From a virus (lineage: Duplodnaviria > Caudoviricetes): 64,000 nucleotides of DNA. The notes under the pieces are model-generated. The model saw nothing but the letters and a program-made list of their open reading frames with translations. It was not told where the DNA came from and searched no databases. The stretch spans positions 32,001 to 96,000 of the IMG/VR virus record IMGVR_UViG_3300015608_002132; one strand, 5' to 3'. Both the position numbers and the translations under genes were made by a program. This document shows, piece by piece, positions 46,486 to 57,700 of the stretch (the stretch's first letter is position 1; each line of letters opens with the position of its first letter).

Positions 46486-47357
46486 AAATAACCATCACGC
46501 AACTCACACATCTCGTTTCCGAAGCGGTGCTCGATATTTTGGAGCAGGCACCACAGGCACCACAGGCAGCCAGCGCGCACACAACCACGCTGTCTGGCTT
46601 AACTGGTGGTACATATCGCGGCGACGGCGCCGGTGGCGGCGCGATAGACTCACCCATCAACAGATCGCTAAAGCCACTACAGGAGTACCTGAATTTACTG
46701 AACCAGCTGGCGCACGTAGCGGGCATTAGTGTTCGCGAATATACCGGCATAGAAAACGCCCTCGCAGCGGCTGATTTAGCAGACGAAATGGACGATCCTG
46801 GCGCCGGGGCGATTGTGCATGCAGTCACCGAGCAGTACAGGCGGTTACAGCCGTTTCAGAACGACTACCAAGTTCACCTAGACAGTATTACAACCAAGTC
46901 GCTGCAAGATATCATTAATAACCACAAGCAGATGATAGCTGCGGTGGAGACCAAGATACGGAGACTACAGCCATCAATCGATGAACAAGTAGCCAGGCTA
47001 AACACGCTAAAGACACACCATAATAAAAATGTGGCGCAAAAGGCTACCAAGCTATTATCCGCCCAGTTCAACGCCATGATCGGACAGTTGAAGAAATCGT
47101 TGCAGCAGATTACTGATCTTTTCAACACCGCAAAACCTAAGCTGGAATTGGCAATCAACAACTTTGTTGGCACACTACGCCAAGGCGCCACCAGCAAACA
47201 GACAACACTTAACGTGGTGCAGCCAAGTGGCGATATCACAAATCGTGCATTGCGCGGAACGGTCGGAAGATTGCCAGAACAACTTCAGGAGACTATCGTA
47301 GCGGCTTACCGGGCTGGCATGAAGCGTGGACAAGAGCGCGCCAAGGCCAAGCGCTGA
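46482..47357 (+). CDS. probable internal head protein, expanded paralog of 46273..46485
   Basis: MKITITQLTHLVSEAV ... EQLQETIVAAYRAGMKRG. Confidence 0.75.
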   Translation: MKITITQLTHLVSEAVLDILEQAPQAPQAASAHTTTLSGLTGGTYRGDGAGGGAIDSPINRSLKPLQEYLNLLNQLAHVAGISVREYTGIENALAAADLADEMDDPGAGAIVHAVTEQYRRLQPFQNDYQVHLDSITTKSLQDIINNHKQMIAAVETKIRRLQPSIDEQVARLNTLKTHHNKNVAQKATKLLSAQFNAMIGQLKKSLQQITDLFNTAKPKLELAINNFVGTLRQGATSKQTTLNVVQPSGDITNRALRGTVGRLPEQLQETIVAAYRAGMKRGQERAKAKR

Positions 47358-47363
47358 TCGCGA

Positions 47364-48125
47364 TCAGCCAGAGACGGCTGAACCAACACTGTCAAAGTGA
47401 ACAGTATCCACCGCACCGTGCTTTCTAACCACATCTAACATGAACGGCACCGGGTTCTTACCGCTTGGCCGGTCAAACCGTGCATAGACCAACTTCTCTG
47501 CCAACATGGGGCCTGCCGTGAGAATTTCCTTCTGGTAGTTTCTCGCGCCAACGTTCAGATATTTGGCGGCAGCATCCATGTTGAACACTATCGCATCTCT
47601 GTTGGGCTCTATATCACAGATGCAAACAACACAATATCCCAGCACACCATCGCCCTCAAAACGAGCCTGTTCAAACAATCTCTCTAGTGCCGCGATGTCA
47701 TAAGTCCAACCGGTAAACGAGTCCTTTTGGAGAGGACGCACCTCAATGTTGCTGGCGATTCCTATCTTAGATGGTTTGGCTCCGATGAGGTTAGCCGCCG
47801 CTGACTCGTTCAGTCCTATGAGAATTCTGTATAGTTTGGTTGCTTCTGCCGGTGCTGCTGTGAACCGCTTGTACCAACCATTGCGACCAACCGTTATGAG
47901 GTCTGGTATTAGGTCGTTCATCTCTACTTTTCTGTTGAACATCAAGTAGTTGGCCAGCGCCGCGTAGAGGTGCTTCTCCTCTTTGGTGTCCGGTTCGCGT
48001 GGGATTGGCTCACTAAACACGTCATGCCGTATCTCACCAAACAGGTAAGAGCCATACGGTGCGTCCGGTGGTGCTTCGACGGTTGTTGAATCCGACTCGT
48101 ATAGCAGCTGAAAAATATCGATCAT
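47364..48125 (-). CDS. probable ADP-ribosyltransferase (R-S-E class)
   Basis: KLYR, SFTGWT, YQKEI in the correct order and spacing. Confidence 0.6.
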   Translation of the reverse strand: MIDIFQLLYESDSTTVEAPPDAPYGSYLFGEIRHDVFSEPIPREPDTKEEKHLYAALANYLMFNRKVEMNDLIPDLITVGRNGWYKRFTAAPAEATKLYRILIGLNESAAANLIGAKPSKIGIASNIEVRPLQKDSFTGWTYDIAALERLFEQARFEGDGVLGYCVVCICDIEPNRDAIVFNMDAAAKYLNVGARNYQKEILTAGPMLAEKLVYARFDRPSGKNPVPFMLDVVRKHGAVDTVHFDSVGSAVSG

Positions 48126-48148
48126 GCCGAAAGATACCTATAGCAGAC

Positions 48149-49417
48149 ATGCCGACACCCTCAGCCACATTCAATACCACGCTAAGGCCAACACCGTTTG
48201 GTTTTTATGACCGATATACGCTGTTCCAGCAAGATGCTGACAACATGACGACATTCGTCCTTAGAATGCTCGGCGAAGACGTGCTTGGTGTCGAGTTAAC
48301 GAAGCCCATGATCTGGTCTTGTTTTGAATCGGCCACCCGTGAGTTCAACGGGATGATGATCGAGTATCAAAACAAGTCAAACCTTGCTTCGCTACTGGGC
48401 ATGCCAACCGGCAGCCTTGATGCAAACGGCAACAACAGCATCAACGTCACCAACATGTACGTGCAGCAGAACCTTGAGTTTCTCAGTGCGCTCGCCGCAC
48501 CATATGCTGGTATTGTCGGTTATTCCCAAGCGGAGCAAACGTATACTGGCTACATCTCACTAACCTCAGGCCAACAAGAGTACGACATCTACGACAGCCT
48601 CGTCGATGTTAGTGGCTCAAACCTGTTCGCCCAACAGCCTAGCGGCTCTGTGGGCGGGATGGAGGTTGTCGAGGTGTTTCACTCGGCCCCCGCACAATAT
48701 CTCTTCAACAGCAACCTTGCTTCAAACTTTGTGGCCACAGGGCTGCCTGTCGAGTCGTATATCCCTGATACGCGATTTTACGTTCTGCCGTTGTTTGAGG
48801 ATGTTCTGCGTGGAGAGATGCTGAAGGAGGCGCAGAAGGTCAGGCGCTCACACTTCAGCTACAAGATCTCCGGTAGGAAGATACGGATCTACCCGACGCC
48901 GAACAACCTGAGGCCAGGGTACAACGACCGACTGTGGCTCAGGGTCAGGTTTGCTTCGTCACCGTTTCCTTCTATTGCCTCAACGATTGTCAATTCGGGA
49001 TCGTCGTATAGCCCATCTGGGACAGGGTCTGGCGCGTCGTATCAGGAAGATAAGATATATGGCGCCAACAGCCCATTCAACACCCCATATGGGCCTCTGA
49101 ACTACAATTCATTGAACATGTGGAGCCGTAACTGGATAGCTCAATACACACTGGCCCTAAGCACGGAATTGCTTGGCAAGGTGCGAAGCAAGTTTACCAA
49201 CATTCCGATCCCGAATGCTGAGTTGCAGCTTGATGGTGACAACCTGCGAACTCAAGGCCGAGAAGACAAGGAAAAGCTGATCACGGCGCTACGAGAAACA
49301 CTGGAGGGTTTGACATATGACAAACTGGCCGAGATGGAGGCATCAAAAGCCGAGCAGATGGTCAAACAGCTGTCATACGTACCGATTCCGCCGAAATACA
49401 GTATTGGCATATTCTGA
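48149..49417 (+). CDS. neck/head-tail adaptor (gp13-like)
   Basis: MLGEDVLGVEL, WIAQYTLALSTELLGKVRSKF..IPIP..ELQLDG. Confidence 0.88.
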   Translation: MPTPSATFNTTLRPTPFGFYDRYTLFQQDADNMTTFVLRMLGEDVLGVELTKPMIWSCFESATREFNGMMIEYQNKSNLASLLGMPTGSLDANGNNSINVTNMYVQQNLEFLSALAAPYAGIVGYSQAEQTYTGYISLTSGQQEYDIYDSLVDVSGSNLFAQQPSGSVGGMEVVEVFHSAPAQYLFNSNLASNFVATGLPVESYIPDTRFYVLPLFEDVLRGEMLKEAQKVRRSHFSYKISGRKIRIYPTPNNLRPGYNDRLWLRVRFASSPFPSIASTIVNSGSSYSPSGTGSGASYQEDKIYGANSPFNTPYGPLNYNSLNMWSRNWIAQYTLALSTELLGKVRSKFTNIPIPNAELQLDGDNLRTQGREDKEKLITALRETLEGLTYDKLAEMEASKAEQMVKQLSYVPIPPKYSIGIF

Positions 49418-49438
49418 TTGCCGAGATGAGGTAACCAA

Positions 49439-50161
49439 ATGGCTAGACTGTTCATAGGACGACGTGAAATTCAGTTCATCAACGACCTGACAAAAGAGTT
49501 TATCAAGGATGTTGTCGGGCAAGTGATTCATTATTTCCCTGTGTCCGTTATCAAAAGCAGGGTGCACGGGCTGTACAACGAGTCAACAGAGAAGGTGTTT
49601 GACAACCCAATCAAAGTGCCAGCTTTGGTAGGACAACCGGAATGGTCAAGCAAGACAACGTCATTTGGCCCAGACCTGGAATCCCGTCTTGAGGTTATGA
49701 TTCAAGCAAGAGACCTTGCCGATAAAGGCATCAAGCTATCGGAAGGCGACATGTTCACGTTCGACGATGTGCTGTATGAGATTTTGACGTACGTCAACAT
49801 GAACAACATATTCGGCATGGCCGAGTACGACGTGTCATGGAAGATAACGGCCAAGTCTGCACGCCTCGGTCAGATGGATCCAGCATCGATTCCACTACCC
49901 AGAAAAGCACCAGATGGCGAACAGGTCGTGTTCGAGCAACAGAGAGGGTTGCCCATCACGAGTGATGGGGAAGCCACTGGCGATATCAGAGAAATGCGCC
50001 AACGTCTATCAAAAGACATGGCGCCCGTTGCTCTTGGTACCGGCGCTAGAAGGGTTGAGCCAAACACCGGCGATGATGGTGACTTCATCCAGGGCTCTGA
50101 TGCATCTTCATTTAACAATGACCCTCCTCCTCCAAAGAAGGGCATATATGACGACGAGTAG
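49439..50161 (+). CDS. head closure/neck protein (gp14-like)
   Basis: KEFIKDVVGQVIHYF...GLYNES; position after the gp13-like gene. Confidence 0.75.
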   Translation: MARLFIGRREIQFINDLTKEFIKDVVGQVIHYFPVSVIKSRVHGLYNESTEKVFDNPIKVPALVGQPEWSSKTTSFGPDLESRLEVMIQARDLADKGIKLSEGDMFTFDDVLYEILTYVNMNNIFGMAEYDVSWKITAKSARLGQMDPASIPLPRKAPDGEQVVFEQQRGLPITSDGEATGDIREMRQRLSKDMAPVALGTGARRVEPNTGDDGDFIQGSDASSFNNDPPPPKKGIYDDE

Positions 50162-50193
50162 TATGTTTGCTAGTTAACACATGACAAAACGCC

Positions 50194-51423
50194 ATGCCTG
50201 ATAGCAACTCCAACAATTCTACGAGGCAAAGCGTACCACTACAACCAGAAGGCGTCGAGCAGCTACCCACCGGATATGCCGTTGATGGCAACGACCCGTC
50301 AACGTTCTATATTCCTGCTTGTGGTTTAGAAGATGTCGACACGGCAGTTCGTGACTTGTTCGACAAGGACATGAAGTTTCGTGATTACCAGTCAGTAGCT
50401 GGAGCCCAAAAACAGATCAACCTCAAAAAGCCACCGGTGATCTTCGCGGCCGGTGAGAGGTTTGCTCTTGCTAAGGCATTGAAGCCGTTCCGTGATAGAA
50501 ACGGCGTGCTGACTCCACCGATAATCTCTATTCGACGCACCGGGCTCGAACAGCAATCGTCTGACACCTTCCTTGGAGAACTTACTATCAAGAAGCGATT
50601 AGATGGCGGCGACAAGGATTACCAACAGCTGCTTAATCGTCTTCTATTGAAACACGGGCCTACTCCTGTGCCAAGCAGTCTAAGGACATCTGTGGGCGCC
50701 AGTGCCGGGTTACCATCAATTCGCGCCGGTATGCTTCTTGATGACACCGACCCACGACTCATGTCAGACCACGTTTACGAGGTCATCAAGATACCATTTC
50801 CTCAATTTTTTACAGCAACGTACGAGATAACCTATTGGACCAGCTATACGTCGCACATGAACTATCTCGTGCAGACAACCCTGGCCAACCAGATGGCTCC
50901 TGGCAAGGGGTTCTATCTCAAATCTGATAAGGGATACTGGTTTACAGGCATTTTGGACGAGGCAATCAACTACAACGACAACTTTGATGATATGACCGAC
51001 GAGGAGCGCATCATCAAAAACACGTTCACTATGAAGGTGCGAGGTTTCCTTTTGGCTTCTCAAGGGCCTGGGCAACGTGTGCCATTCAAACGATACCTTT
51101 CGGCCGTAAACATATCATTTGAGACTGTGTCATACGATGGTGATGTGCAGGAGCTGGCCGATTCCGAACGGTATCAAGGTACCAAATCGGGCAAAACTAG
51201 CACAAGCGCGTTTGTCCTGTCAGATATTGAACAGGCATCGACCAAACAGAAACCAACCGTGAAAGACAGGTTCTTGTTTCGTCGTGAGACGATCGACCGT
51301 ACCACAGGTGCGCGCAGTACCCAATATGTTCGTCAGACGGATTCAAACGAGAAACAGGGCGAGACCGTATACACGGCCTCCGATGAGATAGCTCTGGCCC
51401 AGTTCTTCCTCGATCGAAAATAG
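50194..51423 (+). CDS. tail terminator/sheath stabilizer (gp15-like)
   Basis: PVIFAAGERF, PIISIRR, TATYEITYWT, FTMKVRGFLL; precedes the sheath genes. Confidence 0.75.
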   Translation: MPDSNSNNSTRQSVPLQPEGVEQLPTGYAVDGNDPSTFYIPACGLEDVDTAVRDLFDKDMKFRDYQSVAGAQKQINLKKPPVIFAAGERFALAKALKPFRDRNGVLTPPIISIRRTGLEQQSSDTFLGELTIKKRLDGGDKDYQQLLNRLLLKHGPTPVPSSLRTSVGASAGLPSIRAGMLLDDTDPRLMSDHVYEVIKIPFPQFFTATYEITYWTSYTSHMNYLVQTTLANQMAPGKGFYLKSDKGYWFTGILDEAINYNDNFDDMTDEERIIKNTFTMKVRGFLLASQGPGQRVPFKRYLSAVNISFETVSYDGDVQELADSERYQGTKSGKTSTSAFVLSDIEQASTKQKPTVKDRFLFRRETIDRTTGARSTQYVRQTDSNEKQGETVYTASDEIALAQFFLDRK

Positions 51424-51532
51424 ACCGGTCGAGTAAGTATAGCGTCGCACAAATCCGACGACTTTGGATTACGGGTCCTTTCCTCTACTTAATCCGTAGA
51501 CCTTTCTACGGCTATAAGCAAGGAAACCCATC

Positions 51533-54500
51533 ATGCCAGAAACAGTTCTGAAGGCCCCGAATTACTTTGACCGCGAGTTCGATCTGACAGAGAGGACCAC
51601 GCCAGTTGGTGGAGTTCCAATTACCATCATTGGCGCTGCACAGAAGGGGCCTGCATTCGTTCCCGTGACTGTCGGCAGCTATTCTGACTTTGAGGACAAG
51701 TTCGGCCCAGTGGATCCTAAAATGGCCGGAACTTACGGCGTCCAAAAGTTCCTAGAGGCCAAAGGCCAGGAGATCGCGTCGGTCAACTATATTCGCGTAC
51801 TCGGCTGTGGTGCGAACAGTAGCTCTGTCGAAATTTCCGATGCAAAGCAATATGGCATTGTCACAAATGCTGGTATGCTCGTTAACTGGCCGCGCACAGG
51901 AGCCACCACGTTCCTATCCGGTGCGCGTCAAGGTACGGTACAGTTCCTCGTTGCCAAACATGAGGTCGCGACAAACGAGGCGTTTGGTTACCCAGACTTC
52001 ACAAACAACAACAGCTATCAAGTCGGCGGTGTGGCTTCTGATCAGGTCAACTTGGTTCGCGCTGTGCTGTTCACCACATCGGATGCCCGATTCATGGTGC
52101 TGAGTGGTGCGGTTGGTTCAATCTTCGATCGTGCCACATTTGACGCAGGCACGGAGAACTATGAGTCGGCCAAGGTCGGTACGGAAGGCTTACTGGTAAA
52201 CAAGTTCAAGCTGATCTTGTCGTCATCGGACGGTTCTAGCTTTGCGTCGGACGACGGTCTTGCTGGACTCAAGGTCTTCACGGCCAGCCTCGATCCAAGC
52301 TCCAACCAGTACATCAGCAAGATCCTGAACACAAACCCAGAGAACTTTGCCAGCAAGAAGCACCTCTTGTACTTGCATTACCCAGTTGACAATGAGGTGG
52401 CAGCGCTGAGTGCCAGCAACTCTACTCCTACTGTGGCCGTGCTGTCTGGTTCAGCCAACACGAACAGCCTGGACGTGACGTGGAGCGACGCGTTTGGCTG
52501 GTATAACACGAGGTATACCGCGGCCAAGAGCCCTTACTTTATTTCGCAGCCGTTTGGTAATGTAGAGTATGACCTGTTCTACGCGGAAGCACTTGATGAT
52601 GGTGAGTATGCAAACTCTCGGTACAAGCTGAGCATCTCAAACCTGCTGGCGTCGACTAACCCGAACACAAAGTACGGCACGTTTAGCCTGCTTGTAAGGG
52701 CGTTCAACGACAGCGATACGGACCCGCAAGTCCTTGAAGTGTTCAACAACCTGAGCTTGGATCCGACCAGCGACAACTATGTCATCAAGGTGGTCGGCGA
52801 CAAGAAGGCCGTGTTTAACTTCGACGCAACCGACAGCTCTGACCGCGGTATACGTGTCACTGGCCGGTACAACAACAGGTCCCGGTTCATTCGACTTGTG
52901 CCGAGCGCACAACTGGAATCTGGCGAAGTTCCAGAGAAGGCGTTGCCTTTCGGTTTCCGTGGGCCTCGCGTACCGCTGACCAACGTCGCGCTAACAGACA
53001 AGACCGGCAGCGTTGCCTTGACACTTTCGCGCATCACTGGTGTGTCGTCAAGCGCTGCTGGCGGCGGTGCTGCTATGTCTGGTGCAATTGTACCACCAGT
53101 TCCATTCCGATTCACCGTCACGCGCAACAGCTTGGCAACGGCTGGTATGGCCGGTGCGCCAGGAACGCAAACCATCACAGATGGCAGGCTGTACTGGGGT
53201 GTTAAGTTTGAGCGCAATGACAATAGCGTTCTGAACGTTAACGCGAATGAGGAAATCAACCAGATCGTTGAGAACTTTGCTAAGTTCTCCGGAATTGAGT
53301 CCTTTGATGTGTTGGCTACCGGCTCTAACGCCGACTCACTCAACAACAACAAGTTCTCACTCGGCAATGTTGCCTTGTCGGTGACTAGCTTGGCCAACAT
53401 CACAGGCTCCGTTTCGCAGCATATGCGTGAGGCCGCATACCTTCGTAATGCCACACTCGATCCAACCTCATATGTTGCGACAAACTACAGCAACCGCATT
53501 ACATTTGCTACGCTCCTGAACTCTGGCAGCGTTACGCAGTTCAATGGATTCTCACCATTTGCCAAGTTCACAACCTTCATGCAAGGCGGTTGGGATGGCA
53601 CAAACATCTTCGACAAGAACGCGGCCAAGTTCACCGACCGGTCAACTTCTACAGAGACCGGTGATTCTGGCTATGGCGTTGCCAACACAAGCTACTCATC
53701 TCCCGGTGCAGTAACCGGTACCAACTATACCGGCACAGGAGAGTCTAACAGCAACGTGGTTGCATATCGAACAGCAGTTGATATTGCCACGAACCCCTCC
53801 ATCGCCAACTGCAACATCTTGGCAATTCCAGGTCAGCGCGATCCGCTGGTCACAGATTATGCCTTGGAAAAGAACCTTGAGTACGGCCTGTCTTTCTATC
53901 TGATGGACATTCAACAGTATACGTCAGACGGAACCGCAACTGGTCGTATATTCGACGGCGACACGTCCCTAGTGCCATCGATCACACAGACCGCAAACGC
54001 GTTCACAAACCGTGCACTTGACAACAATGCCGCGGCGGCCTACTTCCCAAACTTCAGCATGGAAGATACAGTCAACACGCGTCGCGTAACGGTTCCAGCA
54101 TCGATCGCGGCGATCTCGGCGTTGTCGTATAACGATCGCGTCAAGTTCCCTTCGTGGGCGCCTGCCGGGTTTGACCGTGGATCTCTTGGGTTTGTCGCCC
54201 AGACGGCCGTGAAGATCAACCAGACAGAGCGTAACGCCCTGTTTGACGCAAACATCAACCCGATCGTCAAGTTCCCAGGCGCCAGCTACGTGTTTATGTC
54301 GCAGAACACGCTACAGCAAGCCGAAACAGCGCTTGAGTCGATCAATGTGAAGCGCATGGTTCTCGATATCAAGCGGCAGATTGTTGAAATTGGTAACCGG
54401 TTGATGTTCGACCAGAACACACCGGCAGCCAGGAAGCGGTTTGTCGATGAGGCAAGCCTTGTGTTGGCAGCGGTTCAGACACAACAGGGTATTGAGAAGT

Positions 54501-54649
54501 TTGCGGTGATTTGCGATGAGCGCAACAACACTGCGAACGATGTCAACAGCAACAGACTCAACGCACAGATACGCGTTCTGCCGACGCGTGCAATCGAATA
54601 CGTGATCATGGACTTCGTGGTCCTACCTTCCGGTGTTCTCATTCCCTGA
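51533..54649 (+). CDS. tail sheath protein 1
   Basis: REFDLT, AQKGPAFVP, WAPAGFDRG, NINPI, INVKR, ICDERNN. Confidence 0.94.
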   Translation: MPETVLKAPNYFDREFDLTERTTPVGGVPITIIGAAQKGPAFVPVTVGSYSDFEDKFGPVDPKMAGTYGVQKFLEAKGQEIASVNYIRVLGCGANSSSVEISDAKQYGIVTNAGMLVNWPRTGATTFLSGARQGTVQFLVAKHEVATNEAFGYPDFTNNNSYQVGGVASDQVNLVRAVLFTTSDARFMVLSGAVGSIFDRATFDAGTENYESAKVGTEGLLVNKFKLILSSSDGSSFASDDGLAGLKVFTASLDPSSNQYISKILNTNPENFASKKHLLYLHYPVDNEVAALSASNSTPTVAVLSGSANTNSLDVTWSDAFGWYNTRYTAAKSPYFISQPFGNVEYDLFYAEALDDGEYANSRYKLSISNLLASTNPNTKYGTFSLLVRAFNDSDTDPQVLEVFNNLSLDPTSDNYVIKVVGDKKAVFNFDATDSSDRGIRVTGRYNNRSRFIRLVPSAQLESGEVPEKALPFGFRGPRVPLTNVALTDKTGSVALTLSRITGVSSSAAGGGAAMSGAIVPPVPFRFTVTRNSLATAGMAGAPGTQTITDGRLYWGVKFERNDNSVLNVNANEEINQIVENFAKFSGIESFDVLATGSNADSLNNNKFSLGNVALSVTSLANITGSVSQHMREAAYLRNATLDPTSYVATNYSNRITFATLLNSGSVTQFNGFSPFAKFTTFMQGGWDGTNIFDKNAAKFTDRSTSTETGDSGYGVANTSYSSPGAVTGTNYTGTGESNSNVVAYRTAVDIATNPSIANCNILAIPGQRDPLVTDYALEKNLEYGLSFYLMDIQQYTSDGTATGRIFDGDTSLVPSITQTANAFTNRALDNNAAAAYFPNFSMEDTVNTRRVTVPASIAAISALSYNDRVKFPSWAPAGFDRGSLGFVAQTAVKINQTERNALFDANINPIVKFPGASYVFMSQNTLQQAETALESINVKRMVLDIKRQIVEIGNRLMFDQNTPAARKRFVDEASLVLAAVQTQQGIEKFAVICDERNNTANDVNSNRLNAQIRVLPTRAIEYVIMDFVVLPSGVLIP

Positions 54650-54731
54650 CCATATAGCAGTTTTCAGCTCCGGTTCTACTTAATGGTAATCTTGCGACCC
54701 CCGCTAGGTTAGCCGGAGCTAGAAAACACAA

Positions 54732-57700
54732 ATGCCTATCTTCCAAAGCCCAGGCGTCAACGCCAGCGAAATCGATTCGAGTGCTCCAGCCGTAAGGACA
54801 CCTTCTGGTGTGCCATCATGTGTTATTTCGCCAACAGCCAAAGGGCCTGCGTTTATCCCGACACAAGTCACAACACTGTCTGATTACGCGTCCGTGTTTG
54901 GTGGCATTAATAGCAACACACCACACGGATACCTTACGGCCAGGGAATGGTTCACCAACACGGCTGTACCTTTGGTTCAGGTAAGAGTGCTCGGCGCCGG
55001 TGATGGTAAGACGCGCAATGCCGATGGGACAGTAACAAACGCTGGGTTTGTTGTTGGTTCGCAGCAGCCGGTCGAGAGCAGCGATGGCATTCTCGGCAAC
55101 AACCAATACGCAAACTCTACCGGCGTAACCGGCAGCGTTTATTTCCTTGGCTGTTTCATGTCGCAATCTGCTGGGTCTACGGTGTTTTCTGACGCCGGTC
55201 TGCAAAGTTCAACTACCGCAGTACCGATCGTTCGTGGTGTTCTATTTGCCCCTTCTGGTGTTGTGATTCGCCTTTCGTCTGCGGCGCAGCTAAGCCATGC
55301 GCCAGATGCCGACTTCGTTGCAACAGAAACAGCGTTTTCTGGTGGTTTTACCGGCTCTGTAGACCTCGGCACCGGCAACCAGACGTTCGTGCTCATATTG
55401 AACGGTCACAAGGGAACTGATTCACGCTATCCAAACACTGTCACAGCCAGCTTTGACCCACAAGCGGCCAACTACTTCAGCTCCGTGTTCAACACTGACC
55501 CGCTTAAGACTCAAGAGGCTGGTCACTTGCTCTATGGGCACTTTGACATCTTCTCGTCGTTCGCAGTGCCAACTGGCTCTGGCGTTGTTGTAGCTGCTTC
55601 CGGGTCCACGTACGGCAACAAACAAAACATTGCGTTCGTTGTTCCGGGATCCGGATCCGGTGGTGTTCACACGTCCAATACGGGTTCAACCATTACGCCG
55701 AACTACGAGGGCTTCCGTGATCGTTACGCCACGGCTGTTTCGCCCTGGGTGATATCGCAAGGGTTTGGTGGTTCGTACAGCAACCTGTTTAGGTTCCATC
55801 ACCTGTCGGATGGTGAGTCTGGCAACATGGCCGTCAAGATATCCATCCTGAACATTCAGCCGGGAACAGCAACTCAGCCATATGGCGTGTTTGATGTTCT
55901 CATTCGTGATGCGAATGACCGGGACGAGTCCGGCACAATGAAGATCCTTGAGGCGTTCACGAACTGTTCGTTGAACCCATCAAACCCGAACTACATTGGC
56001 AAGAAGATCGGCACGACTCACAACCGATTTGAGTTTGATGCATCCGAGGCCGAACAGAAGATTCAAACGACGGGTGATTATCCGAACCGTTCGCGGTATG
56101 TGCGCGTTGAGATAGCCGCCGATGTAGACGCAGCCGAGCTAGATTCGAGTGCGGTACCGTTCGGCTTCAGAGGTCCGCAGCACCTCGTCACCGCAGGCTC
56201 ATCGTCACTATACAACATCAAGCATGGGGACTTGCTGAACCCGTCATTCCCATACTTTGACACCGGTTTGGGCAACGTACCTCTGTACAAGGCCGTACAA
56301 CCACCTGTGCCGATGAGACTGAACCTTAAGAAGTCCGCGGCGTCGTCTGGCGTAGACACGAACCTGTTTTGGGGCGTTCAGTTCCAGAACCAAGTCACGG
56401 TTTCAGACCCCAACGGCAGCTCGACCGCGAACGACAGCCTGAGTGGTTATACCAAGTTCTATCCTAACTTCGACCTGTCATCGAACGTGCAGTTTGCTGT
56501 TTTTGATAACACGGGGGTCGTTGACACCACAAGCTCCTGGGTTCTTGATAGTGATCGATTCAACAACAACCTGTTCTCGCTAGAGAAGGTAAAGGTTGTC
56601 ACAGGCAGCAACGCACTCCCGTCCGTCACCAGCACGGCACTGCTTAGCTGGTCTTACGTACGCAGCGGTAGCATCCCAAGTGACGAGGCCACGAAGACAC
56701 GAGCGCTGGCTGTTTCAGACCTTGACGGCAACGCATCGGTCCAAGCACTTGCCAAGTTCTCGTTCTATCTGGAGCGTGGGTTTGATGGTGTCAACGTCTT
56801 TGATGCCAACACACGGTACATGAAGAATGCCGCGGCGGCACAAGAGATTGCGCAAGCAACTCGCGGCCTCACAGACGGCCCGACCGTGCAAGGGTACATG
56901 AAGTCGCTTGGCTTGATTGCAGATGTCAATGATGTCGACGTGCAACTCCTCAGTGTGCCTGGGATTCGAGTGCCATATATCACGGACAACGCGATATCAA
57001 CCGTTGAGCAATCACGGTTTGACTGCTTCTACGTCATGGACTCAGAGCAGTATGACACTCTTGGGAACAACATCACGGGTTCTTATAGTGATGTAAGCGT
57101 TACACAGACGGCACTGAACTTCGTTACTCGTGGTGTAAACAGCAGCTTTGCCGCAACGTACTTTCCGGACGTCAACATCCGGATGGACAACGGCGTTGTA
57201 TACGAGAAAATGCCGCCATCCGTGGCCGTGTTTGGGGCATATGGGAGGAACGATGCGGTGGCCCAGCCGTTTAATGCGCCAGCCGGTTATACGCGTGGCA
57301 GACTTGGGAACGTTACGGACTTCGCCGTCAACCTCGACAAGAGGGCAGCAGACACGCTCTACGTGGCACGAATCAACCCTCTGATGAGCAAAGCCGGGGT
57401 TGGTCCTGTCGTGTGGGGTCAAAAGACACTTCTCAACAAGGAGTCACTGCTCAACCGCGTCAACGTTCGTCGTCTCCTCATAGCAGTCCGTAGGGAAGTG
57501 AGGAAGGTTGGCAACAAGTTCATCTTCGAGCCTGCAAGGGAAGCGACGCTCAAGTCGTTCAATGCAGCCGTGCAGCCGATCCTACAACGTTATCAGGCTG
57601 CTGGTGGTGTCGAGAAATACAAGATTGCAATCGACACATCAACAACATCCCAGGCAGACCTCGATAACAAGACGATCCGTGGGAAGATTTTCATCGTCCC

